Assembly: GCF_036321535.1 (NCBI RefSeq)
Contig: NC_087437.1
Coordinates: forward strand, 98,704,001 to 98,768,000
Direction of reading: 5' to 3'
Origin: Camelus dromedarius
Taxonomy: Eukaryota
DNA length: 64,000 nt
Shown here: one piece after another, positions 1-11,859 of the stretch
How positions within the stretch are numbered: the stretch's first letter is position 1
Layout: every line of letters starts with the position of its first letter
Made by a program: the position numbers and the translations under genes
The notes under the pieces: generated by a model
The model's input: only the letters and a program-made list of their open reading frames with translations
Told to the model about the DNA's origin: nothing
The model's database searches: none

Positions 1-477
1 GAACACAGGGACTTGGTGACCTTCTCTAAATGGCAAGGAAAAGAAAAACACCCATAAGCAGGAGGAACAAAGGTATGCCTTGAGGAACCCCGTCTCTTTC
101 CCAGTTCCTAAATTGCCACCTACTTTCCCTTGTTTGAATAGTAAAGTTAATATGAAGAATTAGATCATGGTGTAAACTAATGTGAAAATCTTTAATTTAC
201 TTTTAATTCTACTCATATTTTTATACATTAAAGAATGTGGAATTCAAAAAATTAATCTTTTACCTAAATTAATTTCTTACTAAATTTTTTTGCCATATAT
301 TTGAAATAATTAAAATCACACCATATATGTGATTCTGAATTCTATGATTTTATTTACATTATAACTAAGCATTTTTCAATGTCATTCAAAACTCTCAGCA
401 AACATAATTAAGAGTTGTATAGTTTTTAATTATGAGTATGCAAAAATGCACATCATCTTGGGATGGGCAGTCAAGAG

Positions 478-705
478 ACGTGGGAGTTAAGAGATGAAGC
501 AATGCAACCAGACTCTAGCCCCAGCTCTGGCACACATTACCTCCATAATCTAGGTAAGTTAATTAAACTCTTTGCACCTCAGTATCCTCGTCTGTAACAT
601 GGGGGGTGATAACAATACATATTCATATTGTTGTGAAAATTTAATGAGCCAAACTATGGAGAGTCCTAGGAAGGGTGTCGTGAACCCTGGAGAAATGCTG
701 ACTAT
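478..705 (+). mobile_element. MIR SINE fragment
   Basis: Core-like motif ggtaagttaattaaactctttgcacctcagtatcctcgtctgtaacatgggg...ttgttgtgaaaatttaatgag resembles the MIR core; boundaries approximate. Confidence 0.6.
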
Positions 706-749
706 TACTGCATTACATTGTCATCTGTGTCATTAAGCGATGGGATCTC

Positions 750-945
750 CACATCCAGTCCTCTGTTTGACTCTGAGCTCTATCTACCTTCTGTGACCTT
801 GGGTAAATTACCTACCCTCTCTGAATGTCAGTTTTCTGACCTGTAAAGCAAATAGTAGTACATCTTTTCAGGGGTGTTGTGCCAATTAAATCCAAAATTA
901 AAGGTAAATTCCTCAGCACAAATCCTAGCATAAATTAAGTGTTCA
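750..945 (+). mobile_element. MIR SINE fragment
   Basis: tgtgaccttgggtaaattacctaccctctctgaatgtcagttttctgacctgtaaa is a typical MIR core. Confidence 0.7.
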
Positions 946-1123
946 CTATATTATGACTTAATCTTTTCACATTCTCTGTGCCTAAAACAAAACCTTCTAA
1001 ATAATAAATGCTCAAAAAGTATTTTTGAATAGGTGTTTAATTAAAGAGCTGGGCCATGGTGTACTTATGTCAATGTAAAAGTTTGTAAAAGACCTGAAAT
1101 GGTATTGCTAACTTGATTATAGA

Positions 1124-1174
1124 AAATGTCCATGTGGAAAAAAGAAAAAAAGAAAAGCAAATGCCCATGTGGAA
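1124..1174. repeat. 16-bp direct repeat flanking a 19-nt A-rich insert (poly(A)-only retroposition scar)
   Basis: AAATGTCCATGTGGAA (1124-1139) and AAATGCCCATGTGGAA (1159-1174), one mismatch. Confidence 0.5.
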
Positions 1175-1377
1175 TGAAATTGAGGATAGTTAAGGGGATT
1201 TCACTTTTACTTAAAGTTTACAATGAAAATAAATTCACATTTTAATGTTATTATTTAAAACTATTTTAAAACAATTAAACTTAAGGGGAAAAAGGTAAGG
1301 ATAGGGTCTTATTGTGTACCCTAGGTTTAGTGGACAGTCACTAAAGTAGCATGAGGGGAGAAGCAGGGGGGACGTAT

Positions 1378-1451
1378 GTCTTCCAGATCTTTCCAAGAAG
1401 CTTCAGATCTTTCTGAATCTTTCAGATCTTCAGATCTTTCAGACTTTCAGA
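1378..1451. repeat. Degenerate 8-9 bp tandem repeat (TCTTTCAGA)n
   Basis: Repeated tcttcaga/tctttcaga units with four AGATCT palindromes (1385, 1405, 1424, 1432). Confidence 0.65.
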
Positions 1452-2534
1452 AGGTTCTTTTGCCTTCCCTTTGAGCCTGAATCTACAGCATACCCAGTAT
1501 AGTCAAAATTCGTTTTTTTTTTCTGAATAAGTAGTTTTCATATATACACAAAAGATTTTCTTATAAACTGGGCCAAAATTTTTTCCAAGATTATTTTCAT
1601 ATCACCATTCAAGGATTACAAATCCAGTTTGAAGTAATATCTTGTTTTGACACACTCTTCTCCAGGTGAAATGCTTCTATTGTAATGTACTTCACTAAAA
1701 GTGCAATGAAGATGCTTATTTGTGTGTTGAGATGAAGTGGTTAAGTTTGCCTTGTGTTTGTATGGAAAAAGGACTTAGCTTAGTTGGCATGATCATGAAT
1801 TTCCCAGGACTTGACATTTCTCTGTGTGCTGATGGTTGCCCAGGTCTTGCTAATGGCCCCACCCACACATGGACTGGTTGGCTCTATCGCAGACTCTCTT
1901 TGGGGAGGGTTGGGTACATAGGTCATCTCCAAGTAGCATTTGGCAGCAGCTGCTCACAGATGAAGACACTGTGCCCAAAGCAGTGCATGAGATCCATGGA
2001 AGGGGTTGATGGTTCATTCTACCTGTCAGTACATGAATAGAATGAGTTGGCCATTGGGTGTGCTCACCTATCTTCTTCTGCCAGGCCCCAGTTCAGACTT
2101 GCTTGAAAGTTGACATATCTCTTCTTCATTGTGCCTCACTCCTTTCTGTAGAGAAACTGCCATTTGGCTGTTTTGAAATTGTGGTCTGAAGCCTGGGGCT
2201 CTTGCATGTCCCAGAGATAGAAGCTCAGGTGCCAATCTAACAGGAAGACCTGTGTTCTCTGGCAAAGTGTCTTGTAGGTCCAAGAGTTCAAAAAAAAAAA
2301 AAAATGGTGCAAGTTACAGCAGATGCCACAGTCTCATATCAGAAAAAGAAAGAAAAAGACTTGAACTTAATGGAACAAATCTTGGGCAAGAAAAATGTTT
2401 ACATGACAAAGCCAACTTGTGCAACATTGAAAGTAGGTAAAATGCTACCTGATGGTCTTCTGTCCCTTTTTGGTGGCCTCCCTCCCTCTAAAGTCTTGTT
2501 ATGGTGGGAAGTGCACAGGACTGGGGGTCAAGTA

Positions 2535-2720
2535 GTTGTTGATTTGAATCCAGACATTTCCATTCCCGGAAGTCTGACTTGGCTATGTTCTCTATCCTAG
2601 AAGATCTTCAGCTTCCTCATCTATAAAAAAGGGATTAAAATATCTTTCTTACAAGAATAAGGGGCAAGGATAATGACATAAAGCAGTTAACATTTGGTAA
2701 ACACTTTATATTAATAACCA
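2535..2720 (+). mobile_element. MIR SINE fragment
   Basis: cttcagcttcctcatctataaaaaagggattaaaatatc core-like motif. Confidence 0.5.
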
Positions 2721-2919
2721 TGATTGAGAGTAGCTTTTATGTACACTCAATAGATAGGACCTGTCCAGTCCCAGGCCCTCAACAACCTGAAGTCTTCAAG
2801 CTGTTAACTGGCTTTTTGATTTAATAACAGGTTTAGGTGGTGTTTATTCACAGATATTATAGTTTAATTAAAGACATTTATGAAACAATCTTCCCATTAA
2901 TGTAAAATCTTTGAGCACG

Positions 2920-3640
2920 TCAAATAGCAATTTCATAACCACTATGAAGACTACCATCAGAATAATGGAAAATAACAAATGTTAGCCACAATGCAGAGAA
3001 ACTGGAACCCTTGTATATTGCTGGTGAGAATGTAAAAGGTGCAGTCACTATGGAAAACAGTTCGGCAGCTCTTTGAAAAGCTAAACACAGAATTACCAAG
3101 TGATCACTTCTAGGTGTATAAGCTAAAAGGATTAAAAATAGGGACTCAAACATATGTGTATCCTAATGTTCATTATGGCATTATTCATAATTGCCAAAAG
3201 GAAGAAACAACCTTAGTGCCCATTAACAAGCAAATGGATAAAAAATGTGTTTTATACATATAATGGAGTATTATTCAGCCATAAAAAGAAATAAAGTTCT
3301 GATGCATGGTACAATATGTGTAAACCTTGAAGACATCATGCCAAGTGAAATAAACTGGACACAAAAGACAAATGTCATATGATTCCACTGATATGAAATG
3401 TCTAGAGTAGGCAAATTCAGAGACAAAGTGGATTTGAGGTAACTAGAGGTAGGGGAAGAGGAGAATGAAAAGTTACTACTTAATTGGTAGAGTTTCTGTT
3501 TGGGGTGATAAAATAAGTTTTGGGAGTTCACAATAGTGAGGGTTGCACAACATTGTGAATCTAATTAAAGTCACTGAATTACATGCATAAAAACAGTGAA
3601 AATGGTAAATTTTAAGTTGTATATATTTCACCACAATAAC
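2920..3640 (+). mobile_element. L1 (L1MA/L1MB-type) ORF2 3' end and 3' UTR
   Basis: Canonical L1 3' motifs: gagaaactggaacccttgtatattgctggtgagaatgtaaaa, tactatggaaaacag-like, tattattcagccataaaaagaat, aaccttgaagacatcatgccaagtgaaa, ending gtatatatttcaccacaata. Confidence 0.85.
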
Positions 3641-3699
3641 AATGATTTACAAAGTAAATACATAAATATGTAAATATACTGCCTCTAATTTTTTTAAAA

Positions 3700-3895
3700 A
3701 AATAGTAGATTACAAATTCACATGGTTCAAAAATAAAAGCAGTAAACACTAATAATTCTTACTCCTTTCCCTGGTCCCATGCACCTTGTTCCTTTCCACA
3801 TGTAACCACTGTTATTAATTTCTTAAGTATCCTTTCAGTATATCTTTATGCAAATACCAAGCAAGAATAGAGATGAACTCTTATCCCCCCTTTCC

Positions 3896-3937
<42 letters not shown>

Positions 3938-4420
3938 TTCTGTCTTCATTTATCCATTTCAGTATAAAAGAGCTGCCCCATTCTTTTATACTGCTGTATA
4001 CTATTCCGTTGTGTGAATATACCATAGTTAATTTAACCAGTCCTTTAGTAATGAATTGCTTTGAACTTTTCATAGTCAAAGTTTTTCAACATATAACCTT
4101 ATATATTTTTTCACCCCCATGTGCAGTTTTTACCATAGGATCAGTTCCCAAGATTAGGATTGCTGAAATCAGAGGGTAATTGCATTACAAGTTTGATAGC
4201 TATTCCTAATTCTTCTCCACTAGTATTTGTACCCACCAACAATGCCATAAGGATGCCTGTTTGTTCAAAGATTCACCAAGAAAAAATGTGTTAAATTTTG
4301 GTTTTGCCAATCTCGTTAGTAAAAATATGGTATCTGAGTATTTTTAAAATTTATACTACTCTTATTATGAGAACAGTTTGGCATCTTTTTATATATTTAG
4401 AAGTCATTTTTATTTCTTTT
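3700..4420 (-). mobile_element. Old L1 (L1MC/L1ME-type) 3' fragment
   Basis: gtaaccactgttattaatttctt, ccatagttaatttaaccagtcc, attaggattgctgaaatcagaggg, tatttgtacccaccaacaatg match the reverse strand of L1 3' ends. Confidence 0.65.
3901..3935. repeat. (TG)n microsatellite
   Basis: Perfect TG run seen directly. Confidence 0.95.
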
Positions 4421-6329
4421 TCTACTGACCTAACAGTTTCCAGAATCCAAAGGAGTAAAAAGCTAATAGCAGTTTCTCAGGCTGGGGCAAGTGGAAGGTT
4501 CATCTGAGTCTCCCTCTACTCATTCCTATGATACACATACCTGCTCTCAGATATCCTGAGAGTGAGTAGAAAGAGCATTGCTTTTGCCTGGAGGGGATGA
4601 GGTTCGGAGGAGAAGGCAGTCTGCCCTGTAAGTGCACTGGATCACAATTAGTATGAAAAGTGAGCTGTGAGTCAATAAGTCTAATAAAACCACTTTGTCT
4701 AATGTCCTACCAACCTTTTCATGCAATTTCCAAAGAGCTGCCTGTGAAAATCTGCTCAAGAAAGATGATCACCTGAGCTTGCAGATTTCATACTCTATAG
4801 CTCCACAGTTTCTTGGGAGAGACCACAAAGCCATTCAATCATTCCCTTTGAGATGGGGATAAATAACGGCAATGCCACGTGAGTAGCATCAGTTGGCTGT
4901 GAGGGCAAGCTGTCATTTCCAGAGAGGGATGTGGTTTTATATCCAAGGGTGCAGCATATAATCATATTTAAAAAATTCCAAAGATAGCAGAAATTCAAAT
5001 GGGACGGTTTTGTCATTAAGCTGCCTGCAGGTGTTCCATTTAGATCAGAAGCTACATTTGCAAGCCAGAAGGAAAGAAGTGGGCTTTTGCTTAATTCATT
5101 GACTCTCAGAAGAAAATGAACATTCTTTTTTTTTTCTATGACAAACTGGAATTTGCCTCAGACGAGCTTGACATATTGCCGGCTTGAGGTCTAACTTTGT
5201 CTGAGAATGTCAGGCCACTGTTCCAAAGTCGCCAGGATCAGAGGCCAAAAGGAAAAAGAATGGGGCTTTTCTAAAACTGTTGGATGATATCTTCCCCACG
5301 ATCTGTCCTGATGTGTCACTGCAAGTGTCCATGTGACTAAGGTCAGAGAGAAAAACACAAAGAGAGGCATTCTTGAGCCCAGAAATGGCTTCTGGTAAAA
5401 GAAAATAACCAAGGGACATGATGGGTTCAGGACATCTATAACCAACCTGGGCTGGATCAGCATTTCTAAGTTTTTAACCAAGAAATATTGATTTATGTTT
5501 ATTATGCTTTATGGCACTTTAGAGCAATTTATAACACTTACATTAAGCAATGGATGGGCTGGGAGAAAAGCCAATACGGACATGAAAAAAGATGAAGTGC
5601 TGTCAGGAACAGCAACTTTCAAGTACCAGGTGCAATTTCTTGCTTTTGCATTTTGTCTGAACCCTTTAACATGAAGCAAGAACGTGACTATTGATTTTTA
5701 AGTCACACAAACAAAAAATAAGCTGAATAAACCCAAAGAAATTCTTAAAGTACATACACATACAAACACACATACATACACATACCTACCCTCAACCATC
5801 AAAACCGAAAGGCAAAAATAAAACCCTTCTCTATATACTTATTTTAAAAATACACTTAAGGAGGGCCATTATGTAAAATAAAGGAAACAGATAGTACTGT
5901 ATAAAATATAAGTATTTTAAATAGGAGTTATTTTAATAAAAACAAACAAATGCAGCAAAATATTAGGGACCTTCATCAAGATACTCACTCTTCTACTCTA
6001 ATCAATTTTGATGAATCAGGAAAGACTTCAGAGACCAGAGGCACTTTCCTTGTATGTGTCCCGCAAGAGCAGTTCCAGGATTTAGCATCAAGGAAACAAA
6101 TGAAAATATGCAAAGTAGTCCCAAGAGACCATGGTAATGGGTTTTGAAAAATAGGGTTTTACAGATATAGAAGTTGTTCATTCTTTTCATGATCATCGAT
6201 TAGTAACATCAATAGTTATTGTTAGCAAACACTTTCAGAGCTAGAAAGTTGCCAAAAGCATTTAATCTAATTAGTTACTGTTATCATTAGCAATTTTAAG
6301 TAGTGAAACATTTGCTTGGGTATACTATA

Positions 6330-6850
6330 CATCTCCTTCAAAACACAGTCCTGTTTCAAAGAAGACCCCAGGCTGTAATAAGAATGAAATAGAAGTTGGG
6401 AGTGAGGCGGATCACAGTGAAACTTCTTAGGATGGAAACAAATTTTAGTAATTTTAATTTGGAATTTTTCCTGAAGGAGAATGTCCATGATTCTGCAGAA
6501 GTCTTATAGGCATCGTAGAAGAACTGAATTTTGAGTTGAGTTTGCAAAGGCTCAAGTGAAATGATTTGATGATATAACAAGATGTAATTCTAAGAAAATG
6601 AGGAAAACATCAGTTAGGAAGTTGGGGCTTGATGGATACGAGATGGGATAAGGAATCTGATAAAACTGATAATGATAGCAAGAAGCAGGTGTGATTTTAA
6701 GAGGCAAAGTAATACTAGCATGGAACACTGAAGACAAGATTAAATATGACTTCATTACATATGAACAAATAAACAAAAAGAATTTGGAAGGGAAAAGGCT
6801 GAGTATACGGATAAAGGAAAGGACGTGAAAGAGAAGACCTCAGTAAGATT
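6330..6850 (-). mobile_element. L2 LINE fragment (diverged)
   Basis: Purine-rich segments such as gtcttataggcatcgtagaagaactgaattttgag resemble antisense L2 3' sequence. Confidence 0.4.
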
Positions 6851-6999
6851 TAAGGGAGCATTCAGGGCTCTTCAAAGTGTGATCCTCATATAATGCTCCA
6901 ATGATACTCCCCAAAGATCCCATCACTCCAGGCAATCTATTGCATGTATCTTCAAAGCACACAGAGGGCCTCCAAGATGGTAGAGTGCATTCGTTGACT

Positions 7000-7560
7000 G
7001 AGGATTAATGGATACTCGGATGCTTTGTCCAGTTGCCAGCTTCCCATTCCCTCCCTCAGTCCCTGGAATTCCAGCACTTCATCACAGAGTCTCTTTTTTA
7101 GGGTCCCTTTGCTCTTTAAGCAGCCCTCTTAGGTGCAAATTCTTTCAGAGTGGCCCAAGGCCAGCTCCATTTGCCCCTTGGAGAAACTGAACCTGTTGAG
7201 GAAAGTCCCAATTCCCTCCCAGGACACTCCTTGCTCTGCCATCCAGTGGGCAGCTTTAGTCACTCTCATGGTCTTTAAATTTCTCAAGTTTTTATCTGGC
7301 CCCATTCCTTCTTCCCACCTCTCGCTCTGACTCCAGAAGGGACGCAAATGAAGCTCTCCACTCAAAGCTCAGACTTGGCTTGAGAAGGTGGGAGCAGAGC
7401 ACTCTGAACACCCCTTCTTCTTCAACAATTCCCTTTCCCAGCTGGCTCTGGTGATGCCCTGTGCTGGTGAATCAGTTTCACTCCCTTCGCAGGTCCTTTG
7501 CAGGAGGTCTGTCCTCTCACCTCACTTGGGTATGTTTACTCTCAACCTTTGGTGCTTCAG
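7000..7560 (+). mobile_element. L2 LINE RT-region fragment (diverged)
   Basis: aacaccccttcttcttcaacaattccctttcccagctggctctggtgatgcc resembles the L2 ORF2 motif cactccctccttcttgaaacactttcc. Confidence 0.35.
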
Positions 7561-7899
7561 ACAAACTGAGTTTAATCTTTGGTTATGCTTAAATATTTAA
7601 ATGCATTTAATGTCTTGGTCTTATACGATATTCGAGGGAGATTCTTTGGTGCTCTCCAGCATATCTCTTTCCAGAGAGTCTTTTATCATGTTAGTCATTC
7701 CTCCTCAACTTAAATTTACTTACTGGTGTTGAGTTCATCACATCGGTAGCAGCAGCTTCATTGCAAGATACCCCAAGTAGCTAGATTCCCTTATATTAAC
7801 ATACCATTTCTCCCACTGTAACTTTGTCTTATTTTGTCTTGGTTCCGTCCTCTAGAGAAAACACTGCATTTTCAGTGTCAGCTGCTAGGATTGTTTCAG

Positions 7900-9330
7900 A
7901 CTTCAGTGCTGTGTAAAGATGGCTGGGTAGTCAGTTGAGAGAAAATGGCAGAAATTGGAAAAAGTGACTTAATTAACTGAACCCAGGGGAAAATGGTGGC
8001 CAAGAATCATATCAACAAGGTATGGCAAAGACATAGAGTTGAAAGCAGGAATTAAGGATGAAAGACAGAGTGGTATTTTTCGTGAATGTGTTTGTGTGTA
8101 TTAATGGGTGGCTTAACTCAGGGTCGATAGCATGAGGATGTGACTGTGGATGTATGGATAAGAGACTACATAGGACATCTAAATGAAGTCTCCAAAAATG
8201 AAATGAGGTTAGCTTATAGCATTATGTGCTTGGGTAGGGAGATGGGGGATACAGGTTGGGCAAAAAGTTTAAAAATTAAGATATTTTATATTGTAATGTG
8301 TCTTTAGGCAGTCAATGTATAAATATCCTCTTCTAAGAAGGAAAAGGAGCTGACCTGGCAGTAATGGCAGGTGGGAGTGAAAGTTGGTGCCCTGTGAAGC
8401 CAAAACTTGTAGAGAAACATCCCTGCTGAAGTTCCAAGAATTTAGCAGGAGCTTAAGGTTAAAAAAAAATAAAACACTAAAGAGGTTCCAATAGGATGCT
8501 AAAATAGCAAGGGCCCTTAAAGCCAGATTTTAGGAATGGAGAGTAGAGAACATGAAAGAGCTGAACATAACAGGTCAGGCAGGAAAGCCTGAGGGGGACA
8601 GGCAAGTATCTATGACGAGCCTGACGGTCATAGTTGGAGTCTATGATCCCTGAACCACGATGAGTGGATGGATCAGTTTCATTTAAAGCGCGGGAGATAG
8701 AACCTAATGGTCAGTTGTTTTTACTGAGTCATTTCATTTAGTAGAGTTTGAAGTTGTAAGGATGGAAAATTTCTGGAATTGGAGTAATCCTGTTGTCCTA
8801 GACAGTCCACCTTGATAGACATGATATTTTTCTGGGTTGACTGCTTTTAATTTACCGGATGGAGAAGTGAAATACATCACAGAATTGACCTGATCCCTTG
8901 AAACCTGAGTTTCTAGGTCCATGTTAACTCTTCCAAGAGGTGGCAGTCTAGGTGGCCAAAGGAGGTCTTGACCATTGGAAGTCTTTTTTTGAGTTAGGTG
9001 ATTAACTTTGGTCAGTGTTGTTTCCCCAAGACATCAATGCTGGGAAGGAATTTCCTTCTTCCTTCAAAGTCAGAGATCTTGGTGTCTATTTATGTAGGGT
9101 AAACCAGGACCACAGTAAATGTTACCCCAGATTTTAAATGCCAGATGCGGCATTACAGTTGCAGGTGTGACTAGATCCAGGCAAATCCTTTCCTTCCCCA
9201 AAGAGGTTGTTTCTACCATAAATGTAGAAAAGTGGAGAGCAAGTCAATGATAATCAACACTGGATCCCACACATCACTGCATATCTCTAATCTTCAGGTA
9301 GATTCCACCAGTACATAGTCCGGTGTCATA
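7900..9330 (-). mobile_element. Very old LINE remnant (L2/CR1 clade, possible endonuclease region)
   Basis: Minus strand near 9150-9180 encodes LDLVT, like the xLDLVIT motif of LINE APE domains; highly decayed and the family is uncertain. Confidence 0.3.
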
Positions 9331-10377
9331 TCATCTGGCCAGACAAAACATGGCCCAGAAACCTGACTTGGGTTCTTGAGTGCCTATTTTTTAGAGTTGG
9401 TTCTGGGGAGGTGTTTTTGTTTAGACCTGAGGTTCTTGTAAGACTAGATTCATTAAACAGATCAGGATCTTGTCTAGACAAATAATAAGTTCTTGATCGA
9501 GGGCACCTTGCTGGAGGAAGGACACCAGTCTAATGGCATTCAGAGTTGCTAAGAAATGTCTGGGTGTCTGCCTTTCATTCAGTGCCCTTCCAGACCCAGA
9601 CAAGGTTGCAGGTGCCCCGAATACCCAATAATTCATTCACCAGGGAAGCAAGGAGAGGCCATAGGACCTGGATGGTGTGTCTTATTTGGCTTGGTCTAAG
9701 GTAATGGAGAAGAAAGAAGAGGAGGTAAAGTTCTCCTGTAGGAAGGGTAATCATTTCTACCCACGCTCCAAAACCCAGATGTGGAGAAATCACAAGCAGT
9801 ATGGTATGGCCACAGCATGAGACTCGGGCAGGGTCCAAGGATGGCTCATCTGAGTGTGGCAATGTGGGCTCAGGTCACAGAGGGAGAATGGCTGCCCTGA
9901 AGTGGGACTTGTGTGTAGCTGCTACATAAATGGATGATGACAGTAGGTGAGAAATGACTTTGGGGTAGCCAGAAAGAAGGCATCTGACAGGTAGTGGAGC
10001 ATCCCAGCAGGATCACAAAGCAGGATCCGGGAGGTGAGCCCCTGAGAACAGAATGAAATTGCTGAGATGCTTCTAGGGGTCACAGCAACCAAAGAGCATT
10101 TCTTTTACCATCAGGAATGATCTCAGTTCTTTCCTTTTCTCACGTATAGTCTTCTCATGCTACCAGCAAAAGGAAAGTTTTCCTTGTTGTTAACAATAAA
10201 AATTGTGTTTAACTTAAGCTAGTTAGTTAATTGTCTTATTGGAACACTTAGTTTATAAACGGGATCCCCCTCCCTCCGATAGTACTAGTTGCTTCTCTTT
10301 GTTTTCATCTTTGTACCCAGGGACTCATTTTAGGCAAGATCTCAATTTGTATCAAAGAATGCCAATTTCTGACTCCT

Positions 10378-10421
10378 TTGCCAAAAAAAAACAAAAAACA
10401 AAAAAACAACAACTTGCCAAA
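10378..10421. repeat. A-rich tract flanked by an 8-bp direct repeat TTGCCAAA
   Basis: TTGCCAAA at 10378-10385 and 10414-10421 around an A/C tail. Confidence 0.45.
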
Positions 10422-11859
10422 TAGAGATTAGTTTTGAGAAACCAAAGATAAATGTACACATCTTAAAGGTTGAATTGTATTATTTCCCTCTTTATACTTT
10501 GATTAGTTTGACAGATGGAACCATCACAATTTACTCATTGTTCAGCTAGAAACCCCACAAAGCTGTAACCTGAATCCCTTGTCCTGAGGCCACTCAAAGG
10601 CGTCTCCATCCAATGGGGTCTTTGGACTCCAGCAGAGAGGTGGGAAAGAGTTATTATGCCATTTGAAATTGCTTTCAGTGTGCTGAGAAGTGGTCGGGCC
10701 ATTTCAGGCCATTGCCGTGTGGCAGGGTGCCCAACTGCCTACGTCAAGCGGTGTTTATAAATTAGAAATTACCAGCCATTTGGTTCCTTGCTGATCATTC
10801 AGAGTCCTGGAAGACTGTGCCGACGTGCCTGGGGCAGAGTTGTTACTGGACCAAACGAGGCATAGTTCTTGGTTAATCAGTCATGATTTGTCTTTCTGGT
10901 GGTGTTTTGGAAGAGGCTTGAAAGTATATGTCTCTTCAGGTGCAGTCCTATATGGCTAATTATTCCAACTAACAGCAACCATGAAAATAGTTCTTTGAAA
11001 GTTCTGTTGCCCAGCAGAGAAACTGACCATCAAATTCAGAGACAGAGATAGTCCGGTGTGATTATCTCCAGATATATTTCACTCATCTAGTCAGAAAGGC
11101 TTGTTGGGCCCCTACTATGTGCCAGACTCAAAGCATGATTGGACGAGTGGCCCTCCACACACCATTTTTTTATTGAGTCATCACTAAGTACTTGAAACTA
11201 TTTTAAGCCTTTTATGTAGAGTAACAGATTTAATCTCTACAACAGCCCTGGGAGAAAGACATGCCTAAGGATCCTATTTGACAATTGAGAAAAAAGCAGC
11301 TCAGACTTAGACTTGTTTTCTGGGGGCCCCACAGCTAGCAGACCCCGGAGCTGTGACATGAATGCAGCCGACACACCCTGGAGACCATTCTTAATCTTTT
11401 GCTTTTCTAGATGTCTTGACTGCATTTCTACTGGTGCTGAAACTGAGGGCTAGTAACCATGCCGGACTGTGAATTTGCTTAGAGTTTCTGAGAAGCTCTG
11501 TGACCAAGTCCAGGTGATCCCTGCAAGGCCTGCCTTCTCCTCTCCAGAAAGGCTGGAGCAACCCAAAACCCAGAATCACTGTTACTGACCAGCAGCTGCC
11601 CATCTTCAGCCCAGGCCAGTATCCCCTGAGTGTGATTCGTACCCACAGCGCAGGCTGAGCCCAGGTGAGGGTCCCTGAGGTCAGGCCACCTTTCCCGGTG
11701 TCTCCCTCACTCCTCACCATCTTGAAAACCAGCCTTGTCGTAACTTTCCTATCCACTTCACAGACCGGTAGCAGACCACAGATGCTGCTTTGGTGTGATT
11801 GGAGACTGGGAAGAATAAAGTGATGGGCAGAGAAAATACTTTGAAGTGGCTAAAAAAAA

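Noticed and set aside
1720-2040. 106-aa plus ORF
   Set aside because: The track starts it at a non-ATG codon (TTG), the composition is not protein-like, and there is no homology or splice support.
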